A stretch of 64,000 nucleotides of DNA from Chloroflexota bacterium (lineage in GTDB: Bacteria; Chloroflexota; Limnocylindria; Limnocylindrales; Limnocylindraceae): NCBI GenBank assembly GCA_003670745.1, contig QWQR01000002.1, forward strand, positions 1,872-65,871, in the 5' to 3' direction. The notes under the pieces were generated by a model. That model saw nothing but the letters and a program-made list of their open reading frames with translations, searched no databases and was not told the origin of the DNA. Every line of letters begins with the position of its first letter. Position 1 is the first letter of the stretch. This document shows, piece after piece, positions 1-9,671 of the stretch. The translations under genes and the position numbers were made by a program.

Positions 1-1
1 G

Positions 2-994
2 TACGGGGGAAACTTTGATCCGTACATCGCCGATTCGGCGCTCATCCTGAACGCCGACTGGGACCACCCCGACATCTTTGCGGACCTCGACGCGGTGGTG
101 GCAACGTTCGCCGCCTGGACGCGCCCTGTCCTTGCGCGCGGGGTCGTCGTCATCAACAGTGCCGACCGCGGTGGTGCCGCTATCGCCGCGGCGCTTGGGA
201 GGGGCGCGACGGAAGCAGAGCGCGCACAGCTCGTCACCTACGCCGTCCGTGTGCACGGACACGACGACCGCAACGACACGGCGAGCGACGCGTCAAACAT
301 GACGCGCGCGGACGTCGAGGCATCACTCATCGTGGGGGAGCGGGGAGCGGTCGCCCTCGACGATCTGAGGATCTCTCCACGCGCGGCAGCACTCCTCCCT
401 GTGGCCGAGGCCCTCGCTGGACGACGACTCCCGATCGGGCTCCTCGGCGCGCACAACGCGGCGAACGCCCTCGGCGTTGCGCTCCTTGCTGCCGCTAACG
501 GCGGTAGCGCTGCAGGCATCGCGACAGCGCTTGCGAGCTTCGGCGGAGTCGGACGACGCCTCGAGGTGCGGTTCGACGACGGGGCGCGTACGGTGCTTGA
601 CGACTATGGTCACCATCCAACGGCGATCCGCGCGACGATTGAAACGGTTCGCGCGCGGTATCCGGGGCGACACCTGCTCCTTGCCATCGAGCCGCTGACC
701 TACCACCGCACCGCGGCGCTCCTCGAGCCACTCGCGACCGCCGCGGCCCTGGCAGATTCGGTCGTGGTGGCGGACATCTTTGCGGTGCGCGACCCCGATC
801 TCAGCATCAGCAGCGCTGGAGCGCTCGCCGCCGCGGTCGCCCGCCACGGTGTCCCTGCAACCGCACCGGGGAGTGTTGAGGCGGCGGCAGATGCCATCGC
901 TGCAGCGCTCCCGGCGAACGCCGTGGTGCTGGTGATGGGCGGCGGTCGATCGACGCTCCTCGCGACGCGTCTGGCGGGTCACCTCGGCTCGTAG
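2..994 (+). CDS. murC: Mur ligase family protein, MurC-like (UDP-N-acetylmuramate--L-alanine ligase); 5' partial, continues upstream of the window
   Basis: Frame is open from nt 2. Motifs GAHNAANALGVA and FGGVGRRLE...DDYGHHPTAI match the MurC/Mpl middle and C-terminal domains. Confidence 0.55.
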   Translation, partial: YGGNFDPYIADSALILNADWDHPDIFADLDAVVATFAAWTRPVLARGVVVINSADRGGAAIAAALGRGATEAERAQLVTYAVRVHGHDDRNDTASDASNMTRADVEASLIVGERGAVALDDLRISPRAAALLPVAEALAGRRLPIGLLGAHNAANALGVALLAAANGGSAAGIATALASFGGVGRRLEVRFDDGARTVLDDYGHHPTAIRATIETVRARYPGRHLLLAIEPLTYHRTAALLEPLATAAALADSVVVADIFAVRDPDLSISSAGALAAAVARHGVPATAPGSVEAAADAIAAALPANAVVLVMGGGRSTLLATRLAGHLGS

Positions 995-1023
995 TCCCCG
1001 CGCTACTACGGCGCTAAGCGGCG

Positions 1024-2634
1024 CTAGGCGCCCTCTGGCCCCCCGGCGAGGGGGTCTGGACCCGGCGGCGGCAGCTGCGCAGCATCCCGTGCAGCATCAC
1101 GCGCCGCATCGCTCTGCGGGCGGGCGAAGAGCGGGTGCCCGTCCGAGGTGAGGCAGCGCCCGGTCGCGAGATCCCACTGCCATCCATGGATGCTGCAGGT
1201 GAGAGTTGAGCCGTCACTGGTGCCGAAGCGGGTGAGGTCGGCCTTCATGTGCGGGCAGCGGCGCTGCACCTGCCATCCAGAAAGATCAAAGGTCCCCTCC
1301 GTGGGACCGTTCTCAGCGTAGAAGCCCTCTGCGTACTGGATCCGCGCAACGGAGAGGCACTTGAACCACGTGTAGAGATAGTCGTTGTAGGCACCTCGGC
1401 GCCACGCCGAGAAGCGCATCGAGAGGAAGAGCGAGTTCACCCAGTCATCGGTTCGCGTGCGCACGAGATGGTCGAGCAGGAGGCGGGGGATCGTGAACTT
1501 AAAGTCGACCTCGCGCCCGTCGTCGGCGATCACCGCCCGGTCGGGGAAGTCGAGCAGGATCGATGCATCGTCGGTCGCGATCCGAACGGTCGCCCCGATG
1601 CCGTCACAGACCCGCGGCCCGAGCGCCATGAGCGGTTCGAACCACGCCTTCAGTTCGGGGAGGAGATCGCTGCGCGGTCCGGACCAGCTCACCTTCTCCG
1701 CCGCAATGCGTGGCGCCCAGTCCGCAGCGTAACGGCGCAAATACGTCTCCTTGTTCGCAAAGACGTCTTGCACGGACGATACGCCCGACAAATGTTCCAC
1801 GCGGAACATCCCTGCAGCATCGAACGCACCGACGCTGCCTGGGAGCATCAGGGCCGCCTGGTGGCCCTCGTCGGTGAGGCGCTGCACCATGAAGCGCTGG
1901 TCCGGGAAGATCGAGTCGTCTGCGTCGTGGATGTCGTTCCAGCGGAAGAGCTCGTCGTCGAGGAAGCATGGTGGGCCTGCTGAGGGGATCACGACGCGTG
2001 GGGCGATGAGTTCAACGTAGCGAGCGGCCCGAGTGAGTTGGGCGGCACGCTTCTTCCGCGCGAGCGCCTCACGCGCCTTTGCGGGGAGCTCATAGACCAT
2101 CGGGTACCAGATCGCGCCGCTGAACTGCAGAAGGCAGATGTCGATCGGCCCCTGCACAAGGAGCCGGTCTGGATCCGTCGGGCGGCTGTCGTTGAGGTTG
2201 AGGAGGCGCTCCTCGCCATCATCGACCAGAAGGGCGGAGTCACCGATCGGGCCATCGGTGGGGGCGGTCAGCGACTCAACAACGAGCGTCAGGCCGCCAT
2301 GCTGCACTGGCACCCCAGAGGTCGTACGGATGAACGACGTGAATCCCAGCCCCCGGAGCGCCTCCTCGAGCTCGGGGAGGGGATAGGCGGGGAGGATCAC
2401 CGTCGCGTCTTTGCGGCAGTACGCCGCGAGCCATTCAGGGTCAAAGTGATCTCGGTGCAGGTGGCTGATGTAGAGGTAGTTGGTATCACCGAGCGCCGCA
2501 TGGTCAAGCAGGTCGTTGCGGGGATACGGGAACCAGCTCGCGTAATAGGCCGGGTTAAACCAGGGGTCGCAGAGGATTGATCCGTGCGCGGTATGGATCT
2601 TTACACCAGCCTGAGCGATGAATTCAACGCGCAT
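1024..2634 (-). CDS. Metallo-beta-lactamase-fold protein with C-terminal Rieske [2Fe-2S] domain, function unknown
   Basis: N-terminal HLHRDH (HxHxDH) MBL motif; C-terminal CPH-x17-CSIH Rieske motif; ATG start at 2634. Confidence 0.75.
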   Translation of the reverse strand: MRVEFIAQAGVKIHTAHGSILCDPWFNPAYYASWFPYPRNDLLDHAALGDTNYLYISHLHRDHFDPEWLAAYCRKDATVILPAYPLPELEEALRGLGFTSFIRTTSGVPVQHGGLTLVVESLTAPTDGPIGDSALLVDDGEERLLNLNDSRPTDPDRLLVQGPIDICLLQFSGAIWYPMVYELPAKAREALARKKRAAQLTRAARYVELIAPRVVIPSAGPPCFLDDELFRWNDIHDADDSIFPDQRFMVQRLTDEGHQAALMLPGSVGAFDAAGMFRVEHLSGVSSVQDVFANKETYLRRYAADWAPRIAAEKVSWSGPRSDLLPELKAWFEPLMALGPRVCDGIGATVRIATDDASILLDFPDRAVIADDGREVDFKFTIPRLLLDHLVRTRTDDWVNSLFLSMRFSAWRRGAYNDYLYTWFKCLSVARIQYAEGFYAENGPTEGTFDLSGWQVQRRCPHMKADLTRFGTSDGSTLTCSIHGWQWDLATGRCLTSDGHPLFARPQSDAARDAARDAAQLPPPGPDPLAGGPEGA

Positions 2635-2689
2635 GTGCCTGAGGATAGCCGCGCGGGGGGCTGGTCGTGCGCGGTGCTCCCTGCTGGTA

Positions 2690-2745
2690 TTTCACATAAC
2701 TATCATTATCGGAAGTAGGTAGGGGGTGTCGGAGGTGTTACTTCC
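2690..2745 (-). promoter_or_regulatory. AT-rich island plus hairpin at the hflX 3' end, upstream of the MBL-Rieske gene (candidate promoter / terminator)
   Basis: ggtatttcacataactatcattatcgg is unusually AT-rich for this ~70% GC sequence. GGAAGTA...TACTTCC inverted repeat overlaps the hflX stop. Confidence 0.2.
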
Positions 2746-4063
2746 TCTTTGCCGCCCTCGTCGTCTCTCTCTTCCCCTGAGGCCCTGGCAACGCCAGTCG
2801 CGCCAACTGACCCGCCACCTCTGGCGAGGCGAAGCCGGTCAGACGGATCAGGTCGTCGTCGTAGGCGATCTTCAGACCAGCCCGCCCGCGGAGCGCCTCA
2901 ATCATCCCGGCGGCCGTATATGGGAGGGCAAGGTTGATGGGGCTTCCCTGCTCGCCGAGCTCGCGCTCAAGGGTGGCGCGCAGTTCCGGCAGTCCTGAGC
3001 CTGTGGCTGCGGAGATCCGCAGGGCGCCAGGGATGTCCGCCGTGGCGGCGCCCGGGAGGTCGCACTTGTTTGCTGCGACGAGGCGTGGCTTCTCGTCGAC
3101 GCCCAGCTCCTCAAGCACGCCGGCGATGGTTGCCCGATGCTCCTTCAGGTGCGGGTCGGCGGCATCGACGACCTCAAGGAGTAGGTCGGCACGGCGCACC
3201 TCTTCGAGGGTGGCGCGGAAGGCGTCGACAAGTTGGTGCGGCAACTTATGGATGAATCCCACGGTGTCGGTGATGATCGTTGCGGAGCCGCCTGGGAGGC
3301 GCACGCGACGACTCGTCGGGTCAAGGGTTGCAAAGAGTTTGTCTTCAGCCAGAACGACCTCGCTACCGACGAGGCTGTTGAGCAGCGTGGATTTTCCAGC
3401 GTTGGTGTAGCCGACGATCGCCACCGTCTGGTCACCGCGCACATCGCGGGCGCGGGCACCGGTGTCACGACTCCTGCGTACCTCGTCGACGCGCCGCTTC
3501 ATCACGGAGATTCGATCGCGAATCAGGCGTCGGTCGGTCTCAAGCTGCGATTCCCCTGGCCCTCTCGTGCCGATCCCACCACCGGTGCGCGAGAGGTGTG
3601 TCCAGAGTCGCGTCAGCCGCGGAAGCTGATACTCAAGTTGTGCCAACTCAACCTGCAGTCTCCCTTCACGAGTGCGTGCATGCAGTGCAAAGATGTCAAG
3701 GATCAAGCGGCTCCGGTCGATCACCTTCACCTCGAGAAGCTCTTCTAGCGTGCGCTGCTGGGTTGGCGAAAGCTCATCGTCGGCGATCAGCAACGTGAAT
3801 CCGGTCTCGGCTTTCGCTGCGATCAGTTCACTCGCCTTCCCTGCTCCAATGTAGGAGTCGGGATCTGGATGGCGCCGCGCCTGCCACTCAGCACCAACCA
3901 CCTCGGCGCCCGCGGTGCGCGCAAGGCTTGCCAGCTCTTCGAGGCTCTCGCGTGCCGACCATCCATCCTCGGTGCCACTCTCGACGGCGATAAGAAAGGC
4001 GCGCTCGACCGGTGGCGCGATCTCAATTCCTGCGCGGCGTCCGCGCGGTGCGTGCTCCCCCAC
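2738..4063 (-). CDS. hflX: GTPase HflX
   Basis: G1 motif GYTNAGKST; HflX N-domain; sits next to miaA. Confidence 0.85.
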   Translation of the reverse strand: MGEHAPRGRRAGIEIAPPVERAFLIAVESGTEDGWSARESLEELASLARTAGAEVVGAEWQARRHPDPDSYIGAGKASELIAAKAETGFTLLIADDELSPTQQRTLEELLEVKVIDRSRLILDIFALHARTREGRLQVELAQLEYQLPRLTRLWTHLSRTGGGIGTRGPGESQLETDRRLIRDRISVMKRRVDEVRRSRDTGARARDVRGDQTVAIVGYTNAGKSTLLNSLVGSEVVLAEDKLFATLDPTSRRVRLPGGSATIITDTVGFIHKLPHQLVDAFRATLEEVRRADLLLEVVDAADPHLKEHRATIAGVLEELGVDEKPRLVAANKCDLPGAATADIPGALRISAATGSGLPELRATLERELGEQGSPINLALPYTAAGMIEALRGRAGLKIAYDDDLIRLTGFASPEVAGQLARLALPGPQGKRETTRAAKRK

Positions 4064-5064
4064 TACGACCCTCCACTTGGATGCGCGGTGATGAGCCGCT
4101 GGGCGATGACGTGGAGCGCCGCTGCGATCTCGACGGTTGAGCGTTCAGCACCCCCAACGATTCGTTCGTCGATCGGTTCGGCGCGGAACCACGTGCGCTG
4201 TCTGCGCGCGTAGTCCCAGGTGCGTGCTGCGGCGGCGCCGACCGCATGCTCGCGAGTGATCTCAGCCTCGTTATGGCGCAACGCCTCGGCGTAACCGATC
4301 CCGGAGAGCGCTGGGGTTTCAGGGGGGAGGCGTTCGGCAAGGGCGACAGCCTCTGCAACAAGGCCGCGTACGAACTGCTCCTCAATGCGTGCGGTGATGG
4401 CGGCGCGATGGTGGACTGGATCTGGATCATCGATCGTCACATAGGCGTGCGGAGCGCCCCACGGCTGCTCTTCGGGGGCAGAGGCATCGCCGCCAAGGAA
4501 CGCGATCTCGAGCGCGCGAACAAGTCGGCGCGGGCTGGCGTTCAGCATCTGGGCGGCAACCTCGGGCTGCAGTGTTGCCAGGCGTGCGTCGAGCGGCTCG
4601 CGACCATCGGCGGCGAGGAGCGCCTCGAGTTCGCCGCGAAGCCCTGCGTCGTGTGGGCGAGAGCCGCCGCGCAGGAAGCCACGCAGGAGCCCGCGATGGT
4701 AGAGCCCGGTCCCGCCGACAACGATCGCGAGGCGTGGCGCAGCGCCGGCGCCAGCGCCCTGTGGCCTCGTCGAGGCGGCTGGGCGCGCGATCTCTAGCCA
4801 GTCAAAGAGGGTGAACGGAAGATCCGCATCGGCAACATCAATTCCCGCGTGAGGCCAGCGCGCCAACGTATCGCGATCCAGCTTGTCGGTTCCAATATCG
4901 AAGCCGCGGAAGACCTGACGCGAGTCCGCAGAGACGAGCGCAACCTCGATCCCCTCGCCGCGCAGGAGTTCGGCGAGCCCGAGCGCAGCGGCGCTCTTCC
5001 CGACCGCAGTTGCACCGCCGATAGCGAGGAGCGGCAGGGGGCTCCCCTCTTCGTGGCCCTGCAT
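4063..5064 (-). CDS. miaA: tRNA dimethylallyltransferase MiaA
   Basis: P-loop GGATAVGKS; IPP transferase family similarity; 1-nt stop/start overlap with hflX. Confidence 0.85.
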   Translation of the reverse strand: MQGHEEGSPLPLLAIGGATAVGKSAAALGLAELLRGEGIEVALVSADSRQVFRGFDIGTDKLDRDTLARWPHAGIDVADADLPFTLFDWLEIARPAASTRPQGAGAGAAPRLAIVVGGTGLYHRGLLRGFLRGGSRPHDAGLRGELEALLAADGREPLDARLATLQPEVAAQMLNASPRRLVRALEIAFLGGDASAPEEQPWGAPHAYVTIDDPDPVHHRAAITARIEEQFVRGLVAEAVALAERLPPETPALSGIGYAEALRHNEAEITREHAVGAAAARTWDYARRQRTWFRAEPIDERIVGGAERSTVEIAAALHVIAQRLITAHPSGGS

Positions 5065-5080
5065 CCCCGGGAGCGCCGCG

Positions 5081-6607
5081 TCAGCGAGCGTAATCGACCG
5101 CGCGGCTCTCGCGGATCACCGTGACGCGAATCTGGCCTGGGTACGAAAGCTGCTCCTCAATGCGCGCGACGACGTCGCGGGCGATATTGCGCGCCCCTTC
5201 GTCGTCGATCTGGTCAGGGCGTACGAGGATGCGCACCTCACGCCCAGCCTGAACGGCGTAGGCACGCTCCACTCCATCGAAGCTCATGGCGATCGCCTGA
5301 AGGTCTTCGAGGCGTCGCAGGTGCGATTCTGCCTGGTCACCGCGTGCGCCAGGGCGTGCAGCGCTGATTGCATCGGCGACCTGCACGATCGGTGCCTCTC
5401 GCGCCGTGCACTCCACCTCCTGGTGGTGCGCAGCAATCGCGTTCACGATGCTGTCGGGCATGCCGTGGCGCTTGGCGAGATCGGCGCCGATTGCGGCATG
5501 CGTCCCTTCGATCTCGTGGTCAAGCGCCTTGCCGATGTCGTGGAGCAACCCGCCGACCTTCGCCGCGCGAATATCCATCCCCAGCTCGCCGGCGATCGTT
5601 CCTGCCACCTGTGCTGTTTCGATCGAGTGAAGCAGCACGTTCTGGCCGAACGAGGTGCGCCACTGCAGGCGCCCAAGGATGCGCAGCAGCTCCATTGGGA
5701 TCCCGGTGACGCCAACTTCGAGGGCGGCGCCTTCGCCGTTCTTCAGCGCATCGGCATCGACCTCGGCCTGCGCCTTAATGACGACCTCCTCGATGCGTAC
5801 GGGGTGGATGCGTCCGTCTTGCATCAGGCGCTCGAGCGAGACGCGCGCGACCTGGCGGCGCACCGGATCGAACGACGAGAGGGTCACCTGCAGGGGAGTC
5901 TCGTCGATGATCAGCTCCACGCCGGTTGCAGCCTCGAGCGCGCGAATGTTGCGCCCTTCGCGGCCGATGAGGCGCCCCTTCATCTCGTCGTTGGCAAGCT
6001 TGATGTGCGTGACGGAGTGTTCAGCGCTGTGGTCGGCGGCGACGCGCTGCATCGCGGTGAGGATCATGTCGCGGGCACGATCGGCCGCGTCTTCACGCGC
6101 GCGGCGCTCGAGCGTTGCCTGCAACCGTGCGGCTTCAGTCTCCGCCTCTTCCGAAACGCGGCGCATCAATTCGGCGCGCGCCGCCTCAGCATCAAGCCCT
6201 GCGACCTCGGCGAGACGCGTGGCGATCGTCGCGCGCTCGGCGTCGTTCTTTGCCGCCTCTTCCAGTAGGCCCCGCTCGCGTTCGGCGATTGAGAGCTCTC
6301 GCTCAGAGAAGAAGGTGTCGCGCTCGGCGAGTGCAACCTCGCGCAGGCGGAGGCGCTCCCCCTCTGCGGCGGCGAGCTCGCGGTCTGCACGCGCCGCATC
6401 CTCTGCGGCTGCACGCATGGTGGAGATCTCCCCCTTCGCGGCGATGATCAGGCTCCCCTGCTGTTGACGTGCCTCCTCAAGGATCGAGGCGGCGCGGCGC
6501 GAGGCGGATCTGAGGCTCGCCGCCCCAAGGAGTTGGCGGAGGAGGGCGCCAGCGACGACGCCGACAACGACGAAGAGCACGGGGGTCGCCCCGTCGAGTC
6601 CGGTCAT
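5081..6607 (-). CDS. rny: Ribonuclease Y (N-terminal TM helix, KH domain, HD domain)
   Basis: KH motif [16 protein letters not shown]; HD motif LLHDIGK. Start is probably the second ATG (6607), preceded by GGAGA; the track ORF extends to 6649. Confidence 0.85.
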   Translation of the reverse strand: MTGLDGATPVLFVVVGVVAGALLRQLLGAASLRSASRRAASILEEARQQQGSLIIAAKGEISTMRAAAEDAARADRELAAAEGERLRLREVALAERDTFFSERELSIAERERGLLEEAAKNDAERATIATRLAEVAGLDAEAARAELMRRVSEEAETEAARLQATLERRAREDAADRARDMILTAMQRVAADHSAEHSVTHIKLANDEMKGRLIGREGRNIRALEAATGVELIIDETPLQVTLSSFDPVRRQVARVSLERLMQDGRIHPVRIEEVVIKAQAEVDADALKNGEGAALEVGVTGIPMELLRILGRLQWRTSFGQNVLLHSIETAQVAGTIAGELGMDIRAAKVGGLLHDIGKALDHEIEGTHAAIGADLAKRHGMPDSIVNAIAAHHQEVECTAREAPIVQVADAISAARPGARGDQAESHLRRLEDLQAIAMSFDGVERAYAVQAGREVRILVRPDQIDDEGARNIARDVVARIEEQLSYPGQIRVTVIRESRAVDYAR

Positions 6608-6687
6608 GGTTGTCTCCTGCAGCCCTGCCCGCGGAGCTGCTCGCGTCATAAGGTCAATTGGCCAGCCAGGAGGCTGGGAGATGCAGG

Positions 6688-7263
6688 CTAGCCCTCGTCG
6701 CCTTCGGGGTCAAACGCCCCCTCTGAGGCCTCCTGGAGCCCCTCTGCGAGGCGCTCACGAGCCACCTGCCACGCCATTCCAGAGGGGAAACCGCGTCGCG
6801 CCAACGCCTGGGCGATCCGCTGCCCCTCGGCTCGTGGCTCCCCTCCGCGAAGCCTGATCCGCGCTGCGGCGGCGCGGGCGGCGCGCAGCTCCACCCCATC
6901 AGCTCCCTCGCTCGCCCCCTCAGCGGCGCGTTCAGCGAGGAGGCTGCCAGCGAGCTCGTCGCCTACCCCGCGCCGTCGCAGCTCCTGCAGCAGCGCGCGA
7001 TCTCCGCGCTGGCGTGACCGATCGCGCGACTCGAGCAGCGAGCGCGCAAGGCGCTCGTCGTCGAGGAGTCCGATCTGCTCGAGGCGCTCGACAGCCGCGC
7101 GCACGTGCTCCTCGGGGTAACCCAGGGTGAGGAGACGCTCGGTCAGCGCCTTGCTCGTCTTGGGTGCCCCACCGAGCGAACGCGCAGCGGCCTCGAGGAC
7201 GCGCTCAGGATCCGCCGCCGCACGCTTTGTGCGTTGCGCCTCGGGGTCGCTGCGGCGCCGCAT
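6688..7263 (-). CDS. recX: Recombination regulator RecX
   Basis: RecX-family helical repeats; immediately downstream of recA. Confidence 0.8.
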   Translation of the reverse strand: MRRRSDPEAQRTKRAAADPERVLEAAARSLGGAPKTSKALTERLLTLGYPEEHVRAAVERLEQIGLLDDERLARSLLESRDRSRQRGDRALLQELRRRGVGDELAGSLLAERAAEGASEGADGVELRAARAAAARIRLRGGEPRAEGQRIAQALARRGFPSGMAWQVARERLAEGLQEASEGAFDPEGDEG

Positions 7264-7275
7264 CAGCGGCGCCCG

Positions 7276-8358
7276 CTACTCGGTCTCTACGGGTGGAGCG
7301 ACGGGCACCTCGACGTTCACGGCAGCCGCGCGGATCTTTGCGTCGATCTCTGCTGCAACCGCAGGGTTCGCCTTGAGGAACTCCTTCGACTGCTCACGAC
7401 CCTGGCCGAGTCGAACGTCACCAAAGTTGAACCAGGCTCCAGTCTTCGAGACGACGTCGGCGGCGACCCCTACGTCGAGGAGCCCACCAGCGAGGCTGAT
7501 CCCCTCGCCGTACATGATGTCGAACTCAGCGATCCGGAAGGGCGCCGCGACCTTGTTCTTAACCACCTTGACGCGGACGCGCGAGCCGATCGACTCGGTG
7601 CCCGTCTTGATCGTTTCAATGCGTCGAATGTCGAGGCGCACCGATGCGTAGAACTTGAGGGCGCGTCCGCCTGGAGTCGTCTCCGGGCTGCCATACATCA
7701 CGCCGATCTTCTCGCGAAGCTGGTTGGTGAAGAGGAGCACGGTGTTAGAGCGTGCGACGGCACCGGTGAGCTTTCGCAACGCCTGGCTCATGAGGCGCGC
7801 CTGGATGCCGACGAACGAATCGCCCATCTCACCTTCGATTTCAGCGCGCGGCACGAGGGCTGCGACCGAGTCGATGACGACGATGTCGACACCACCGGAG
7901 CGAATAAGCGTTTCGGCAATCTCAAGCGCCTGCTCGCCGGTATCCGGCTGAGAGACGAGGAGCTCGTCAACGTTCACCCCGGTCTGCTTGGCGTATGCCG
8001 AGTCGAGCGCGTGCTCCACGTCAATGAATGCAGCCACCCCGCCACGACGCTGCGCCTCGGCGATGATGTGCTGGCAGATCGTCGTCTTACCAGAGCTCTC
8101 TGGTCCGAAGATCTCGCTGATGCGACCCTTCGGCAGCCCGCCAACGCCGAGGGCGAGGTCGAGTCCGATCGCTCCCGTGGGGATGCTGTCGATGGCGAGC
8201 CGCTCGCGCGACCCGAGCTTCATGATCGCGCCGCGACCAAACTGCTTTTCAATGGTGAGGATCGCTGCGTCGACCGCCCGAGTACGCTCGGTGTTCGGCT
8301 TCGCTTCGCTCTTGGGCTCCGCTGCCGCGACCTTCTTGCTCTCCGACTTCTCGGCCAT
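7276..8358 (-). CDS. recA: Recombinase RecA
   Basis: Walker [10 protein letters not shown]; KQFGRG and further RecA hallmark motifs. Confidence 0.97.
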   Translation of the reverse strand: MAEKSESKKVAAAEPKSEAKPNTERTRAVDAAILTIEKQFGRGAIMKLGSRERLAIDSIPTGAIGLDLALGVGGLPKGRISEIFGPESSGKTTICQHIIAEAQRRGGVAAFIDVEHALDSAYAKQTGVNVDELLVSQPDTGEQALEIAETLIRSGGVDIVVIDSVAALVPRAEIEGEMGDSFVGIQARLMSQALRKLTGAVARSNTVLLFTNQLREKIGVMYGSPETTPGGRALKFYASVRLDIRRIETIKTGTESIGSRVRVKVVKNKVAAPFRIAEFDIMYGEGISLAGGLLDVGVAADVVSKTGAWFNFGDVRLGQGREQSKEFLKANPAVAAEIDAKIRAAAVNVEVPVAPPVETE

Positions 8359-8361
8359 CTC

Positions 8362-9594
8362 TTACCTGCCTTCCGGTTCTTGCGCCCTTGACTTGATCCC
8401 CGTACGAACTATGCCTCCGTCGGCGTACCGTGGACGCATCGCCCCTCTGGGCGGTGCCTCCTCCGGCTCATCGTCGTCGCCAAGCCGTGGGGTTCCTGGT
8501 CCCCCGGCCGAGGCGCGGAGCTGCGGCAGTTCGGCTGCGAGTGTACCCGACTGGATCGCCGTCCGAACCCGCCCCATCAGCGCGCTCAGGTGGCGCAGGT
8601 TGTGGATCGTGAGGAGGCGGTAGGCGAGGAGTTCGTCGGCCCGGAAGAGGTGGGCGAGGTAGCCGCGACTGAAGCGGCGGCAGGCGCTGCAGTCGCAGGC
8701 GGCATCGACGGGACCCTCCTCGTCAAGGTGCCGCGCGTTCCGCAGGTTGATCCGACCACCGGTCACCCAGGCCTGGCCATTACGCGCGACTCGCGCGGGG
8801 AGGACGGAGTCGAAGAGGTCAACGCCGCGCACGACCGCGTCAATGATGTCGAGCGGTGAGCCGAGCCCCATGAGATAGCGCACGCGGCCGTCGCCCTCGA
8901 GCGCTGCGATCGTCGCCTCGACCGCGCGGTTCCGCTCCTCGGGCGTCTCGTCGCCGGCAAGGCCGCCAAGGTTGATCCCGTCAAACGGAAGAGATCGGAT
9001 CCAGGTCGCCGATGCGGCGCGTAACTCGGGATCAATCCCGCCCTGCGCGATTCCGAAGAGCGCCTGGTCGGCGCGCGTGTGCGCACGCAGTGAGCGAACC
9101 GCCCAACGATGCGTTCGCTCCATGGCGCGGAGGACCTCGCGCGGCTCCGTTGAGCCGGGCATCACCGGCTGATCGAACGCCACGGCGACATCAGGCGCGA
9201 GCGCCTCCTGCACCTCAATGGAACGCTCCGGCGTGAAGAGGTGCTCTCCCCCATCGAGGTGGCTTCGAAAGCGCGCACCCTCTTCGCCAATCTTCATGAG
9301 CGGACCGAGCGAGACGACTTGAAAGCCGCCCGAGTCGGTGAGGATCGGGCGATCCCATCCCATGAACGTGTGGAGGCCACCAAGGCGCGCGATGCGCTCA
9401 TGGCCGGGGCGCAAGTAGAGGTGATAGGTGTTCGACAAGATGATTTGGGCGCCGAGCGCGCGCAGGTCGTCGGGATCGAGCGCCTTGACGGTGGCGTTCG
9501 TGCCAACTGGCATGAAGTCGGGCGTCTGAACGTCGCCGTGCGGCAGGTGCAGGATCCCGGCCCGCGCCCGACTCGCAGGGTCGACCGTCAGCAC
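8362..9594 (-). CDS. tgt: Queuine tRNA-ribosyltransferase Tgt
   Basis: TGT family motifs (LTDSGGFQ; Zn-site cysteines CDCSAC). Confidence 0.9.
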   Translation of the reverse strand: MLTVDPASRARAGILHLPHGDVQTPDFMPVGTNATVKALDPDDLRALGAQIILSNTYHLYLRPGHERIARLGGLHTFMGWDRPILTDSGGFQVVSLGPLMKIGEEGARFRSHLDGGEHLFTPERSIEVQEALAPDVAVAFDQPVMPGSTEPREVLRAMERTHRWAVRSLRAHTRADQALFGIAQGGIDPELRAASATWIRSLPFDGINLGGLAGDETPEERNRAVEATIAALEGDGRVRYLMGLGSPLDIIDAVVRGVDLFDSVLPARVARNGQAWVTGGRINLRNARHLDEEGPVDAACDCSACRRFSRGYLAHLFRADELLAYRLLTIHNLRHLSALMGRVRTAIQSGTLAAELPQLRASAGGPGTPRLGDDDEPEEAPPRGAMRPRYADGGIVRTGIKSRAQEPEGR

Positions 9595-9671
9595 CTCAAA
9601 GCGCGCCGGGGAGCCGTTACGCGCGGGAAGCGTCGACGGATCCGAGAGCGCCGCCAGACGCTGTCCGTTGT

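Noticed and set aside
95-994. ATG at 95 as the start of the murC-like gene.
   Set aside because: The frame is open and homologous from nt 2, so the gene is 5'-truncated by the window edge.
6662-6683. Perfect AGGAGG followed 8 nt later by ATG on the plus strand (ORF 6606-6857), plus a CCAGCC-AGGA-GGCTGG hairpin.
   Set aside because: The ORF is antisense to recX and R/P-rich, so probably spurious. The hairpin may be a weak recX/rny terminator on the minus strand, but evidence is thin.
7105-8391. 428-aa plus-strand ORF antisense to recA. Similar long antisense ORFs occur at 5321-6268, 5655-6467, 50139-51998, 50347-51249, 55026-55883, 58014-59771, 59101-59688 and 46200-47075.
   Set aside because: They are R/A/S/P-rich, lack motifs and sit fully inside well-supported genes. 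In 70% GC DNA, stop-free antisense frames are expected by chance.
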